Positions 62,463 through 64,000 of a stretch of DNA of 64,000 nt are shown here, piece by piece; positions within the stretch are counted from its first letter, which is position 1; the number at the start of each line of letters is the position of its first letter. The notes beneath the pieces are model-generated. The model made no database searches, was not told the DNA's origin, and saw only the letters and a program-made list of their open reading frames with translations. Both the position numbers and the translations under genes were made by a program. Source of the DNA: Ascidiella aspersa (lineage: Eukaryota); assembly GCA_963924565.1 (NCBI GenBank), contig OZ004612.1, forward strand, positions 2,728,001-2,792,000. Direction: 5' to 3'.

Positions 62463-63252
62463 CAGGGACAGATTAAGGGTACTATAGGCCTAAGGCTGTT
62501 CACTTGAGAAAGGCCTAATTTACTAGAGAAGGGCGTAATTACCATAACTTCCATAAGCCTAGAGCCCTAGACCTCATTTAAAAAAACACTCTAACTTAGT
62601 GGTTCTCAACGGCCGGTCCGCGTCAACTTTCCTGTCGGTCCGCCAAATATATTACAATTTTATATCTCAATTGCAAAACGCAAGATGTTAAAAGTGTGAC
62701 TTTATCAGTTTATCGTAAGTCACAATGCTGCAAGTGTTCTGCCCAACTGTTTAAAAGTAGGCTACAACTCGTTTCTGTCTTAAACTTTAACAGCAGTTTT
62801 ATGTGAAAAACTTAATAGAACCACGTATAATACGTATGATATCAAAAAGACAGCAGCAAATCTCTCATTAAATTGAAGTTTCAATTATTTGCTTTAAAGT
62901 TGCATACTTTTGTCGTAATTAAATTTTGGGTGAATTTTGATTTTTGAAGGACCGCCGGTGCGCAAAACGTGTTTTAAAATTTTACCGGACCGTAAGCTAA
63001 AAAGGTTGAGAACCACTGCCCTAACTGACCTGGCAGCTAATACACAACAAACGATTGTCAAATTTGATCTTAATGCAGCAATGTGCCACGTCGCCAAACC
63101 TAGTTCGCAGAAATTGCTTAATAATGGTGACAATAGACGCCAGTCATGCAGCGACGCTATTGAATTCCAACTATTGAATAAAACAAAACTAACTGAAGGT
63201 CGAATTTTTCCAGGGCTTAAGGCCTTATTAGCCTAATGGTTAATCCGGCCTG
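62463..63252. mobile_element. hAT-type MITE hosting a nested insertion
   Basis: Ends CAGGGACAGATTAA / TTAATCCGGCCTG; flanks CTCTAGTT / CTATAGTT. Confidence 0.7.
62597..63018. mobile_element. hAT Charlie/MER5-like MITE, 422 bp, nested
   Basis: TIRs TAGTGGTTCTCAAC / GTTGAGAACCACTG; flanks CTCTAACT / CCCTAACT. Confidence 0.85.
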
Positions 63253-63466
63253 CTATAGTTTAGCGACAATTGTGTGAAACGATTTTTTACTCGCAGTAGT
63301 TTGCCCTGATTTTTCGAACCGGATTCATTTGAGAGGAAGTGTTACGATTGCGTCATGTAAATCGCACCGGAAACGAATTACTGTGAATTGGGTTCATAAC
63401 ACGATTCTACAGTCGATTATAACGCTAATAAAAAGCGGCATACACTTAGATTACTGCCATTGCAAC

Positions 63467-63865
63467 CAGGGCTTTGGAGCCGGAGCCGGAGCGTGAAGCC
63501 GGAGCCCTGAAGCCGTACATTTTTAACGAAGCCGGAGCTCTACGTGAAATTTAAATGGAGCTGGAGCCAGTTGTTTAAAAAGTAGCTCCGGCTCCGATGT
63601 ATTTCATAAGATGCAATGCTTCCAGCCTTCCACTAAAAGCTGAATTCACATAATTTAACAGCAACTCTTCACAAAATTAGGAATTGTTGCCTCTTTGGCG
63701 CACCTTTTCTAACTAACCATTGTGGTGTTTCGTTTGTAAATATTTTTAAACGCTAGATATTGCAAATTAAGCGTCCAGCCTTAAACCTCAGTTTTTGACG
63801 TAATGGAGCTGGAGCTGGAGCTGGAGCCGGAGCCGTTTAACATTTACGACCGCTCCAAAGCCCTG
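63467..63865. mobile_element. Young hAT-type MITE with GGAGCC/GGAGCT subterminal repeats, 399 bp
   Basis: Perfect 14-bp TIR CAGGGCTTTGGAGC and perfect 8-bp TSD ATTGCAAC (63459-63466, 63866-63873). Confidence 0.92.
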
Positions 63866-64000
63866 ATTGCAACCCAATTCAAAAATGCGGCACATTTCTT
63901 GCATTATTTAGCCAATTCAGATACTAAATATTTAATCCCGGATATTTGATATTTAATTCCGATACTTAAAATTTTGGACCACGATTATCGCAATCCGATA

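Overview
Eukaryotic, intron-rich DNA, probably from an invertebrate chordate. An ascidian is my best guess, inferred from vertebrate-like exon structure and very frequent TGACGTCA octamers; the species is not determinable here. Three genes were reconstructed by hand from GT-AG boundaries and reading-frame phase. (1) The 3' portion (18 coding exons, 2611-45336, +) of a Serrate/Jagged Notch ligand: EGF5-16, vWF-C/cysteine-rich domain, TM helix and an unusually long intracellular tail of about 440 aa. The signal peptide, C2, DSL and EGF1-4 exons lie upstream of the window. (2) A 9-exon UNC-93-like MFS membrane protein gene (50500-54268, +, about 508 aa), preceded by a decayed copy of its first exon (47752-47885). 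(3) A 4-coding-exon, highly divergent heparan-sulfate 3-O-sulfotransferase-like Golgi enzyme gene (60861-56194, -, about 409 aa). The last ~16 kb is packed with non-autonomous DNA transposons (hAT-type MITEs with 8-bp target-site duplications, two of them nested, and one Harbinger-type MITE). The long Jagged introns show no intact ones, and instead carry phased A/T tracts, G/C-tract clusters, CSL and CRE-like motifs and one tRNA-like element. No prokaryotic-type system (CRISPR, phage, defence island) is present, and most entries in the ORF track are spurious.
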